Program-made: the position numbers and the translations under genes
Part shown: one piece after another, positions 1-8,347 of the stretch
Numbering within the stretch: the first letter of the stretch is position 1
How the letters are laid out: each line of letters begins with the position of its first letter
Assembly: GCA_963968645.1 (NCBI GenBank)
Contig: CAXAHI010000003.1
Location: forward strand, 1-49,091
DNA length: 49,091 nt
DNA from: an uncultured Gammaproteobacteria bacterium
Lineage (GTDB): Bacteria; Pseudomonadota; Gammaproteobacteria; Pseudomonadales; UBA7434
Direction: 5' to 3'
The notes under the pieces: model-generated
Databases searched by the model: none
What the model was told of the DNA's origin: nothing
The model's input: the letters and a program-made list of their open reading frames with translations, nothing else

Positions 1-13
1 ATCAATAGAGCCA

Positions 14-1486
14 ATGAGTCTTACCGAGATAGCGGCTCAAGAGCATCAACTTTCGTTATTCGATGATGCACCAATCCCCAGCCTCGATATTAATAATCTT
101 AATGCTAGGCCGCGCTCAGTTAAATCAAAATCTTTAACGCCAGTCAGTCGTCCACTGCGTATTTGTATTGCTGGTTATCGCAGTGCGCCTTTTGGTGGTG
201 GCCAAGGTATTTATATTAAATATCTGAGTAAAGCCTTAGTCGATGCTGGTCATCAAGTAGATGTCATTTCTGGCCAGCCATATCCAGAAGTAGATCCTCG
301 CGTTAATCTTATTAAACTGCCAGGGTTGGATTTATTCAATAATGGCTTGCGCTCGTTACGTGCGCATCATCTTACTTCGCTCACCAATATTATAGAGTGG
401 ACGGGTAAGCTCACTGGTGGATTTTCTGAGCCTTATTGTTTTAGTCGCCGCCTCTATAAATACCTAAAACCGCGTCGTGCCGATTACGACATTATTCATG
501 ATAACCAATGTCTCGGCTGGGGCATGTTAAAGCTACAGAAAAAAGGCTTTAATTTATTGACCACCATTCATCATCCCATTACCAGTGATTTAGAAATTGC
601 ATTGAATGCGAGTGATGACAAATGGCAGCGTTTTTTTATTCGCCGCTGGTATGCTTTTTTAGGCATGCAAAAGCGTGTCGCTTCACAGTTGGATCATGTA
701 GTAACGGTGTCGAAGCGATCGACCGCAGATATATCGAAAGATTTTTCTATAGATGAAAAAAATATTCATTTAATTTATAACGGTATAGATACTGACGTAT
801 TTAAACCTATGCGAGGGGTGAAGCGTGATCCTTGGCAGATTATGGCTATCGCTTCTGCTGATCAGCCGTTAAAGGGTTTGCGCTATTTATTATTGGCGTT
901 ATCACAATTGGTGTCAAAGTATCCGCAATTAAATTTATTATTGGTCAGTAAGCCGCAAGAAAAAGGCGAGACTGAGCAATTAATTAAAAGTCTGAATTTG
1001 GCAAAGCATATTCAGTTTGTCCATGGCGTGAGTACTGAAGCTCTAGTTAAGCACTATGCCGAGTCGAGTATTGCGATTGTTCCGTCGGTGTATGAAGGCT
1101 TTGGTTTGCCAGCAGGTGAGGCAATGGCTTGTGCCGTACCTTTGGTTTCAACAAACGGTGGAGCCTTACCTGAAGTAGTGGGTGATGCAGGCGTTACGGT
1201 TGCAACTAAAAATCCAACGGCTATGGCTAATGCTATAGAAGAGTTGCTGTTAAATGCAGATGCTAGAAAACGCTATGGCAAGCTAGGTAGAAAGCGCATA
1301 GAGAAAAACTTTTCTTGGGCTTTGGCCGCAAAAGAAATGACTGCGCTATATTATAAAATAATTGATGATAGGCAGCCTAACGATAACTTAAATAGTGTTA
1401 AATCGTATAGCGACAAATCGTCTAGCGATGAATTATTTGAGACATCTGATTTCCTTGAGGATGAGGCTGCCAATGCTCACCATTAA
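14..1486 (+). CDS. GT4 family glycosyltransferase, ManT-like (putative alpha-1,4-mannosyltransferase)
   Basis: GT-B/GT4 motifs: N-terminal GGQGIY, NGID, C-terminal PSVYEGFGLPAGEAMAC (E-X7-E), GGALPEVVGD. ManT-like call is from cluster context and recalled similarity. Confidence 0.85.
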   Translation: MSLTEIAAQEHQLSLFDDAPIPSLDINNLNARPRSVKSKSLTPVSRPLRICIAGYRSAPFGGGQGIYIKYLSKALVDAGHQVDVISGQPYPEVDPRVNLIKLPGLDLFNNGLRSLRAHHLTSLTNIIEWTGKLTGGFSEPYCFSRRLYKYLKPRRADYDIIHDNQCLGWGMLKLQKKGFNLLTTIHHPITSDLEIALNASDDKWQRFFIRRWYAFLGMQKRVASQLDHVVTVSKRSTADISKDFSIDEKNIHLIYNGIDTDVFKPMRGVKRDPWQIMAIASADQPLKGLRYLLLALSQLVSKYPQLNLLLVSKPQEKGETEQLIKSLNLAKHIQFVHGVSTEALVKHYAESSIAIVPSVYEGFGLPAGEAMACAVPLVSTNGGALPEVVGDAGVTVATKNPTAMANAIEELLLNADARKRYGKLGRKRIEKNFSWALAAKEMTALYYKIIDDRQPNDNLNSVKSYSDKSSSDELFETSDFLEDEAANAHH

Positions 1487-2213
1487 TTTTAAGCATATGG
1501 GTTTAGCAAAAGGCGATAAAGTCTTAGACCTGGGTTGCGGTGAAGGCCGGCATGTTATTTCTGCTTATATGGAATTCGATATTCAAGCAGTAGGTGTAGA
1601 TCTTAGTTTTGATGATTTAAAGATAAGTGCAGAAAGGTTTACGCATTTTTCTGATCCTGACAATGATAATAAAAGTTTTTCGTTGTCAGCATCTAATGCG
1701 CTGTCACTGCCTTTTGACAATAATACTTTTGATGCGGTTATCTGCTCAGAAGTGCTCGAGCATATTCCTGATTATCAATCGGTATTAGCTGAAATTACGC
1801 GCGTGTTAAAGCCTAAAGGTGTATTTGCGACCAGTGTGCCGCGTGCATGGCCGGAAATAATTTGTTGGGCGCTAAGCCGTGCTTACCATGAAGTTGAAGG
1901 TGGTCATATTCGTATCTTTAATTCGCGAACGTTACGAAAAAATATTCAACAACAAGGCTATGCTTACTATGCTGGCCATTGGGCCCATGCTTTGCATGTG
2001 CCGTTTTGGTGGTTGAAATGTTTATTTTGGGATAAACAGGAAACGTCTAAGTTAATTGCTGCTTATCATAAGTTGTTAGTATGGGATTTAATGAAAAAAC
2101 CTTGGTTAACACAAACTATAGAAAAGTTACTGAATCCTTTAATGGGTAAAAGTGTCGTTATGTATTTTCAAAAAAATGCATCTGCTGCAGGCGATAGTGG
2201 AGTAGCTCAATAA
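1473..2213 (+). CDS. Class I SAM-dependent methyltransferase (Methyltransf_11-like; putative MMP 3-O-methyltransferase)
   Basis: VLDLGCGEGRH motif I, LPF..FDAVICSEVLEHI, RVLKPKG. Start moved from ORF-track 1395 to in-frame ATG 1473 (GAGG at 1463-1466; MLTINF...). Confidence 0.85.
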   Translation: MLTINFKHMGLAKGDKVLDLGCGEGRHVISAYMEFDIQAVGVDLSFDDLKISAERFTHFSDPDNDNKSFSLSASNALSLPFDNNTFDAVICSEVLEHIPDYQSVLAEITRVLKPKGVFATSVPRAWPEIICWALSRAYHEVEGGHIRIFNSRTLRKNIQQQGYAYYAGHWAHALHVPFWWLKCLFWDKQETSKLIAAYHKLLVWDLMKKPWLTQTIEKLLNPLMGKSVVMYFQKNASAAGDSGVAQ

Positions 2214-3253
2214 TGAGTAAATTGCATTTATCGAAAGGTCAGTATCCCGAAGCGTTTTTTTTATCGACAGTTAATTTTATTCGACAGGTGCAACAACCCA
2301 GTGGTGCTATTCCATGGTTTGAAGGCGGGCATTGTGATCCTTGGGACCATGTTGAGTCGGCTATGGGCTTAAGTATTCATGGCGATTTTGTTAATGCTGA
2401 GCGAGCTTATCAATGGTTGGCCGATCAGCAGTTGCCCGATGGTAGCTGGTGGGCAGCTTACAAAAATGATGTAGTTGATACGAAAGATCGTCGTGAAACC
2501 AATTTTGTCGGCTATGTTGCTACGGGTGTGTGGCATCATTATTTGATTAGTCAGAATAATGATTTTATACAGCGATTATGGCCAGTGGTGGATGCGGCAA
2601 TTAATTTCGTTATTGCCCAGCAGCAGGAAGAGGGAGATATCAATTGGGCCGTGGATACTAACAGCGAGCCAATGTGTGACGCATTAATTACTGGGTGTAG
2701 CTCTATTTATAAAAGCTTGGAATGCGCTCACAATATTTCGGTGATCGTTAACCAGCCTCGACCAGAATGGTTGCTGGCTCGAGAAAAACTAGGTGACGCC
2801 TTACGTAATAAGCCACAACGCTTTGATCGAACCTGGGAGAGTAAATCCCGATTTTCGATGGACTGGTTTTATCCAGTATTAACCGGCGTTATTCCTAAAG
2901 CGCAAGCCTCTGCACATTTAATGGCACGTTGGGATGAGTTTGTTGAAACTAACTTGGGTTGTCGCTGTGTGGTTGAAGAGCCGTGGGTAACGGTTGCAGA
3001 GTCTTGTGAATTAACAATGGCATTGCTAGCCGCAGGTGATCATGTTCGTGCGACTGAGCTATATAGCTGGCTGCATCAATGGCAGTTAGACGATGGCTCC
3101 TATTGGACGGGTTATCAGTTTGTACAAGATGTTTTATGGCCAGATGAAAAACCCACTTGGACAGCGGGCGCTATTCTTTTAGCCGCTGATGCCTTAGCTG
3201 AACATACGCCTGCAGCTAAACTGTTCACCTCAGTAACACTGTTAGAGTCATAG
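2213..3253 (+). CDS. (alpha/alpha)6-barrel protein of the family usually annotated 'prenyltransferase'; MmpH-like glycoside hydrolase candidate
   Basis: Motifs GAIPWF.GGH.DPWDHVE.AM.L, Q.PDGSW, RFSMDWFYPVL, PWVTVAESCEL, WPDEKPTWTAGA; no signal peptide; TAATG stop/start overlap with upstream gene. Confidence 0.7.
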   Translation: MSKLHLSKGQYPEAFFLSTVNFIRQVQQPSGAIPWFEGGHCDPWDHVESAMGLSIHGDFVNAERAYQWLADQQLPDGSWWAAYKNDVVDTKDRRETNFVGYVATGVWHHYLISQNNDFIQRLWPVVDAAINFVIAQQQEEGDINWAVDTNSEPMCDALITGCSSIYKSLECAHNISVIVNQPRPEWLLAREKLGDALRNKPQRFDRTWESKSRFSMDWFYPVLTGVIPKAQASAHLMARWDEFVETNLGCRCVVEEPWVTVAESCELTMALLAAGDHVRATELYSWLHQWQLDDGSYWTGYQFVQDVLWPDEKPTWTAGAILLAADALAEHTPAAKLFTSVTLLES

Positions 3254-3267
3254 TCTGCAAAAGCGGC

Positions 3268-3894
3268 TTAGACGCGCTTAAATAAGCCGAGAGTGTTTAC
3301 TGTTGGTAGTTCTTCGAATAAACCTGATGCCTTAGCGAGTTTCCATATAGTGTAGGGTGCTTGACCACCATCGTTGGGGTCAGGAAAAATATCGTGAATC
3401 GCTAATATCCCGCCAACTACAATATGATTAGCCCAGGCTCGGTAATCAATCATTGCTGCTTCCATACTATGGCCGCCATCAATAAAAACCATACCTAATG
3501 GAATTGACCAGTGGCGAGAGGCAAGTTGTGATGAGGCGACAATTGGTATAACGGTTTCTTCAAGTTCGGCATTTCGGAGTGTTCTACGAAAAGTTCTAAA
3601 ACTATCCATTAATTGAGCTTGCGAATCAAATAGCTCACTATCGTGATACTCCTCACCCAATTGATGCTCTTCAGAGCCGCGGTGATGATCTACGGCATAA
3701 ACAATATTGTTATTTTGTTTGGCGGCAGTGCCGAGAAAAACGGTGGATTTTCCACAGTAGCTTCCTACTTCTAAAGTAGGCCCAAGAGCGGCAGTGTGGC
3801 TTGCGGCCTCAAATAATGCTTGGCCTTCGTCGTCGGCAAGAAATCCTTTAACCGTATCTAAATTAATGGGTAAATCCGCTGTTTTAAATGTCAT
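3268..3894 (-). CDS. Class I SAM-dependent methyltransferase (Methyltransf_24), MeT1-like mannoside 1-O-methyltransferase
   Basis: GFL..DEG, EVGSYCGKST, VDHHRGSEEHQ.G.EYHD, FIDGGH, IHDIFPDPNDGGQAP closely match my recollection of mycobacterial MeT1. Confidence 0.85.
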   Translation of the reverse strand: MTFKTADLPINLDTVKGFLADDEGQALFEAASHTAALGPTLEVGSYCGKSTVFLGTAAKQNNNIVYAVDHHRGSEEHQLGEEYHDSELFDSQAQLMDSFRTFRRTLRNAELEETVIPIVASSQLASRHWSIPLGMVFIDGGHSMEAAMIDYRAWANHIVVGGILAIHDIFPDPNDGGQAPYTIWKLAKASGLFEELPTVNTLGLFKRV

Positions 3895-4043
3895 GTTAGG
3901 GGAGTATTTCTCAGTTTATTATTAAGGGCTATTCTTCTTGATGAATCACAATAGCTATAAAATTTAAAAAATACAATCGCTAAATAATCGTTCTCATATT
4001 GCCGTAAGAAAACGTAGGTATGAGGGGGAGGTGGCTATTTATT

Positions 4044-4062
4044 ACTTTATAATTTATAAAGT
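4044..4062. promoter_or_regulatory. Perfect 9-1-9 palindrome, candidate operator
   Basis: ACTTTATAA-T-TTATAAAGT in the divergent intergenic region, flanked by GTGGCT (4031-4036) and AGCCAC (4064-4069). Confidence 0.4.
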
Positions 4063-4331
4063 GAGCCACGAAGCATGGGAATTGTAAATTTTATTTAAGT
4101 GATTACCTGTTCTTATGATGGATGCGATACGATACAGTTTTTGATGCAATGATTCAGCATAATTGATAAGCGTGTAAATGACATATATTTTAAATGCTAG
4201 CTGTTCTAAAATAGAGTCGTTATGAATGCCGGATAAGGCGCGACATATCACATTTTTGACTATCGGTAAGGTATAAATTGCTATAAGTTGCTATAAATGG
4301 AATGGCTTGTCTAAGTTAAAAAGGAATTGGT

Positions 4332-6134
4332 TTGAATTATATCAATAGGTTAAAGGTGTTAATTATCGCTATGTGTCTTCGCTCTACTTTCGCTCGTTTT
4401 TTTGTTTCGACAATTTTTATGATGCTAATGAGTGTTGTTGTTCCAGCGTCATATGCGCAGAATAACAATCAGGCTAATCCCTTACTCCTCTCTTTTAATG
4501 TAAACGGCTTTTCATTATTAGCCGAGTTGCATCAAAATACTCAACTACTTGAAAAAATCAGTACACCTGTAGCCAGTGTCGAACAGCTTCATTATAAAGG
4601 TCAGTTATCAGGGTATCCGAATAGCGGTGTGAGAGTCTCTTACAGTAATGGCCACTGGCAAGGTGTTTTATTATTCGAGGACGAGTTATATATAATTGAT
4701 GCCAACCATGATTCAATCGAAAATGGTTCCGAAGGATTACATACTTACCAATCTGCTGATGACGAGAAATTAAAAACTTGCGCGTCAGGTGTTATTAAAA
4801 ACCCAATTTTTTCTAACGAAAATGCACAATCACTGCCGCTCTCTACATTCGAGAATCAAGATGGTCAGCTGTCAGCGAGTAACCTGCCAGCGAGTAATAT
4901 TGTTACTAGTAATTTCACTACCGCCTCTGCAAGCCTCTCCGATGTATGTGCTAATCAAATTAATGGTGTTTGCCTGTTGCCGGAAATTGAGCTTGCTTAT
5001 GATTTAAGTTATCAAAACTTACCCGGATCAGAGACCCCGATGCAGCGGGCTTTGCGTGAATTAAATGAAATGGAATTATTCTTTCAAAATGGTTTGGGTT
5101 ATCAATTTAGTCGAGTCAGTTTAACTATGTTGAATTCGACACAGGATGCTTTAATTGGCAATAGTGATGATCCTAATGATTTACTCGATCGGCTACGGAT
5201 ATTACGTGGCTCTAATCAGTTAGGTTTCTTAGAACAATCGAGATCTATTTTCCATTTAGTCACAGGTCGTGATTTTTCGGGGTCCGATGGCGATGTTATT
5301 GGCATCGCTTATTTAGGGCAGGTTTGTGAAAGCTTTGGCTTAAATACCGGCTTAACTGATGCTGGTGATACATCATTAGTAAGCTTAGTGATGGCGCATG
5401 AGATAGGCCATAACTTCGGTGCAGATCATGATTCACTAGAAACGAATGGCTGTCCCGATAATCGAAACGTAATGTCAGCCAGTCTAGGTTTTCAGGCATC
5501 GAGTTTTACAGGTTTTTCTTCTTGTTCAATTGAAGCTATTAATCAAACTGTCGCCGATAATTTATCGGGCTTATGTTTTAACTTCCCTATCGATGTTGGC
5601 TTAACGGCGAGTATCGATAACCCTGTTAGTCCTGATCGCATCACGCCATTTGATTTGGTTTATAGCGTTAATACTGCGGACGGCTACATTGCTATTAGCT
5701 CGGTCAATGTTAATGGCGTAATAAGTAATAGTGATGCTGGACAGTTTGTAAGTGCCAGCATTCAGAACGGGGTATGTACTTCAACGTCGAGTACCTATAG
5801 CTGTACGGTCAACAATCCGTTAAGTAATTTTTTATTAACGATTACCAGTGTTGTTAATGAAAATGCAACTGAGCTCGTAATGCAGCATTCGGTTAGTACC
5901 ATTACAGCAGAGACAACGGATGTTATATCTTCAAATAATATACTTAATGTAACGCTAAACTCTTTTGGTGAGCCTAACCCGACAGATGATCCTGTTGATG
6001 AAGCGCCTGAACCTGACTCTAATCAAACATTAACGTCTAATGGTTCGAGTGGCGGCGGGGGTAGTATGCATCCATTGGGTTTGATGCTGCTTGCGGGTTT
6101 TTATATATTTCGACGGCTGAGACGAAAAGATTAA
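4332..6134 (+). CDS. Secreted M12B (reprolysin-like) zinc metallopeptidase with Ig-like domain and GlyGly-CTERM anchor
   Basis: HEIGHNFGADH metzincin motif, Met-turn NVMS, IGIAYLGQVC, signal peptide ending ASYA, C-terminal SSGGGGSM-hydrophobic-RRLRRK. True start may be a later ATG. Confidence 0.85.
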   Translation: MNYINRLKVLIIAMCLRSTFARFFVSTIFMMLMSVVVPASYAQNNNQANPLLLSFNVNGFSLLAELHQNTQLLEKISTPVASVEQLHYKGQLSGYPNSGVRVSYSNGHWQGVLLFEDELYIIDANHDSIENGSEGLHTYQSADDEKLKTCASGVIKNPIFSNENAQSLPLSTFENQDGQLSASNLPASNIVTSNFTTASASLSDVCANQINGVCLLPEIELAYDLSYQNLPGSETPMQRALRELNEMELFFQNGLGYQFSRVSLTMLNSTQDALIGNSDDPNDLLDRLRILRGSNQLGFLEQSRSIFHLVTGRDFSGSDGDVIGIAYLGQVCESFGLNTGLTDAGDTSLVSLVMAHEIGHNFGADHDSLETNGCPDNRNVMSASLGFQASSFTGFSSCSIEAINQTVADNLSGLCFNFPIDVGLTASIDNPVSPDRITPFDLVYSVNTADGYIAISSVNVNGVISNSDAGQFVSASIQNGVCTSTSSTYSCTVNNPLSNFLLTITSVVNENATELVMQHSVSTITAETTDVISSNNILNVTLNSFGEPNPTDDPVDEAPEPDSNQTLTSNGSSGGGGSMHPLGLMLLAGFYIFRRLRRKD

Positions 6135-6140
6135 ATCGTT

Positions 6141-6905
6141 CTAGCTATCCTTTTGTTCGACTAGTCGACTCATGAATAAACCTAATTCAAAGAGTAGCCA
6201 AGCAGGTATCGCTAGCAATGACTGCGAAATAATGTCTGGCGGCGTGAGTAACATGCCAAAAACAAAACAAACAACCACAATATAAGGGCGCTTTTCTGCG
6301 AGTGCTTTTCTTGTTGTTACACCAGCCCTTATTAAAATAAAAGTCGCAATAGGAATTTCAAACGCTAAGCCGAATGCGAAAAATAATTTAAGAATAAAAG
6401 ATAAGTAGCTATTGATATCAGGCGTTACAGCAACTCCTATGGGTGCAATCGCTGTGAAAAAACCGAATACAATGGGAAATACAACGTAGTAAGAAAAGGC
6501 AATTCCCAAATAAAATAATAAGACGCTACTGACAAAGAGTGGAATCGCTAAACTCTTTTCATTGCTATACATGCCGGGCGCAATAAAAGACCAAAGTTGA
6601 TAAAGAATATAAGGCACGGCAATAAAAAAAGATAAAATAATAGTGAGCTTAAACGGCGCAAAGAAAGGCGAGGCAATATCTGTTGCAATCATACTCGTGC
6701 CTTCAGGCAGCAAGTCCTGAATAGGTAATGCAAAAAATGTGTAGATGTCATTAGAGAAAACCACTAAGGCTAAAAAAACCAATAGTATTGATCCGAGACT
6801 TTTGAGTAGGCAGGTACGGAGCTCGAGTAAGTGGGCAACCAGCGGTTGTTCTTTATCGCTACTGCTTGCGGCGGATTGTTCTGTTGATTTTGAAGTGATA
6901 GACAT
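6141..6905 (-). CDS. tatC: Twin-arginine translocase subunit TatC
   Basis: PLVAHLLELR, PFFAPFKL, FIAPGMY, AFEIP, TPPDIISQ; follows tatB. ATG 6905 preferred over TTG 6911. Confidence 0.97.
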   Translation of the reverse strand: MSITSKSTEQSAASSSDKEQPLVAHLLELRTCLLKSLGSILLVFLALVVFSNDIYTFFALPIQDLLPEGTSMIATDIASPFFAPFKLTIILSFFIAVPYILYQLWSFIAPGMYSNEKSLAIPLFVSSVLLFYLGIAFSYYVVFPIVFGFFTAIAPIGVAVTPDINSYLSFILKLFFAFGLAFEIPIATFILIRAGVTTRKALAEKRPYIVVVCFVFGMLLTPPDIISQSLLAIPAWLLFELGLFMSRLVEQKDS

Positions 6906-6919
6906 GCGCAAGCCGCTTT

Positions 6920-7249
6920 CTAATGTTTTTCAGATGAGGTGTCATCATCTATCGGCGTATGGATAGATTGATGGGTATCATGGATAGATTGTTCAAACTC
7001 GTTAGCTGTTTGCTTTAGCTGCTCTATAGGTTCGCCAAGTTGATGCAACACGTTTTCATTATGAAGTTGCTCACGAATTTCATCGGCATTAATTTCACGC
7101 TCTATATCAGCTTTGATACTGTTAAAGCTGCGTTTAATTTTACCTAACCACAAAGCGATAGTCTTAACCGTTGAGGGTAATCGCTCAGGGCCTAATACAA
7201 TCAATGCAATAACGCTGATCAGTAAAATTTCTTGTATGCCAATATCCAT
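6920..7249 (-). CDS. tatB: Twin-arginine translocase subunit TatB
   Basis: [22 protein letters not shown]; between tatA and tatC. Confidence 0.96.
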   Translation of the reverse strand: MDIGIQEILLISVIALIVLGPERLPSTVKTIALWLGKIKRSFNSIKADIEREINADEIREQLHNENVLHQLGEPIEQLKQTANEFEQSIHDTHQSIHTPIDDDTSSEKH

Positions 7250-7263
7250 AAAGTAATATCGAG

Positions 7264-7467
7264 TTATTGATCTTTCTTGTCAGCAGCCGAGTCGCTTTGT
7301 TCATCCAGTTCTTTTGCTGGCTCATCATCAGCCATGGATTTTTTAAAGCCCTTGATAGCTCCGCCAAGATCGCCACCAATATTTTTAAGGCGTTTAGTGC
7401 CAAAAATCATAATCACGATTGCTAATACAATCAATAATTGCCAAATACTAATTCCGCCTAAGCCCAT
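7264..7467 (-). CDS. tatA: Twin-arginine translocase subunit TatA
   Basis: [34 protein letters not shown]; AGGAG SD upstream. Confidence 0.97.
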   Translation of the reverse strand: MGLGGISIWQLLIVLAIVIMIFGTKRLKNIGGDLGGAIKGFKKSMADDEPAKELDEQSDSAADKKDQ

Positions 7468-7500
7468 GAGATGCTCCTATTGATGTTTGATCAATTACGT

Positions 7501-7854
7501 TTATTTGCGTGCTGCTTTTTCTTCAAGACCTGAGACACCAATACGGCGGCCCAGTTCTTCTATAACATCATCAGCGTTGCTGTCTAAATGAGAAAGCATG
7601 ACTAATGTATGAAACCATAAATCTGCAGTTTCACTGATGAGAGCTGTTCTTTCTGTGTCGGTGTTCGCATTAGCCGATTGACGCGCAATATCAAAATCTT
7701 TTGCCGCAATAATGACTTCTGTCGATTCTTCACCCACTTTTTCAAGAATTTTATTGATCCCTTTTTTATGCAGCTCGGCGACATATGAGGCATCTGACTC
7801 AGCAGTTTTACGCTGCTCAAGTAAGGCGGTAAGTTGTTTTAATATGTCGGCCAT
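7501..7854 (-). CDS. hisE: Phosphoribosyl-ATP diphosphatase
   Basis: [34 protein letters not shown]. Confidence 0.96.
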   Translation of the reverse strand: MADILKQLTALLEQRKTAESDASYVAELHKKGINKILEKVGEESTEVIIAAKDFDIARQSANANTDTERTALISETADLWFHTLVMLSHLDSNADDVIEELGRRIGVSGLEEKAARK

Positions 7855-7907
7855 ATTGTTGCTCTTTTAAAAGATTCTTTGTTAAATAGATTGATCGAGT
7901 GATTAGC

Positions 7908-8303
7908 CTAATAAATATCTTCTGGATTTTTTAAGGGTGCTTCAACACTAACCCATCCATCAGATGCAGAATACTGTTGGTACATGCAGCTCTCGCGGCC
8001 AGTATGACAAGCAATGCCACCAATTTGTTCGACCATTAATAGTAGCGTGTCGCCATCACAATCTAGTCGGACATCTTTAACCTTTTGTATATGGCCAGAG
8101 GTTTCGCCTTTGTGCCATAGCCGTTGGCGTGATCGAGACCAATAAACGGCTTCGCTTTTTTCTAGCGTAGCGATCAATGCGTCGCTATTCATCCACGCCA
8201 TCATCAGCACTTTTTTGCTGTTAGCATCTTGGGCAATAGCCGGAACGAGCCCCTGACTATTCCACTTAATGGCGTCTATTAATGCATTATTCAATTCTGT
8301 CAT
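7908..8303 (-). CDS. hisI: Phosphoribosyl-AMP cyclohydrolase
   Basis: [40 protein letters not shown]. Confidence 0.97.
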   Translation of the reverse strand: MTELNNALIDAIKWNSQGLVPAIAQDANSKKVLMMAWMNSDALIATLEKSEAVYWSRSRQRLWHKGETSGHIQKVKDVRLDCDGDTLLLMVEQIGGIACHTGRESCMYQQYSASDGWVSVEAPLKNPEDIY

Positions 8304-8347
8304 GGCGCTATGGTTTCTAATCAGTGTGAAAGAATAAGTTAATGGCG

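Noticed and set aside
1395-1472. 26-codon N-terminal extension of the methyltransferase in the ORF track
   Set aside because: Lies inside the GT4 gene; ATG 1473 has an SD and starts the family-like MLTINF sequence.
3942-3954. 13-mer TGAATCACAATAG also present at 40678-40690, both upstream of minus-strand genes
   Set aside because: Only two copies of an AT-rich 13-mer at different distances from the starts; chance is plausible.
4227-4240. TGCCGGATAAGGCG resembles half of an enterobacterial REP
   Set aside because: No complementary arm and no other copy seen in the window.
4054-4251. 65-aa ORF in the intergenic region
   Set aside because: No recognisable motif or SD; AT-rich regulatory-looking DNA.
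4871-4920. 15-bp repeats in the peptidase (ASNLP-ASNIV-TSNFT)
   Set aside because: Short in-frame slippage in a linker; no functional signal.
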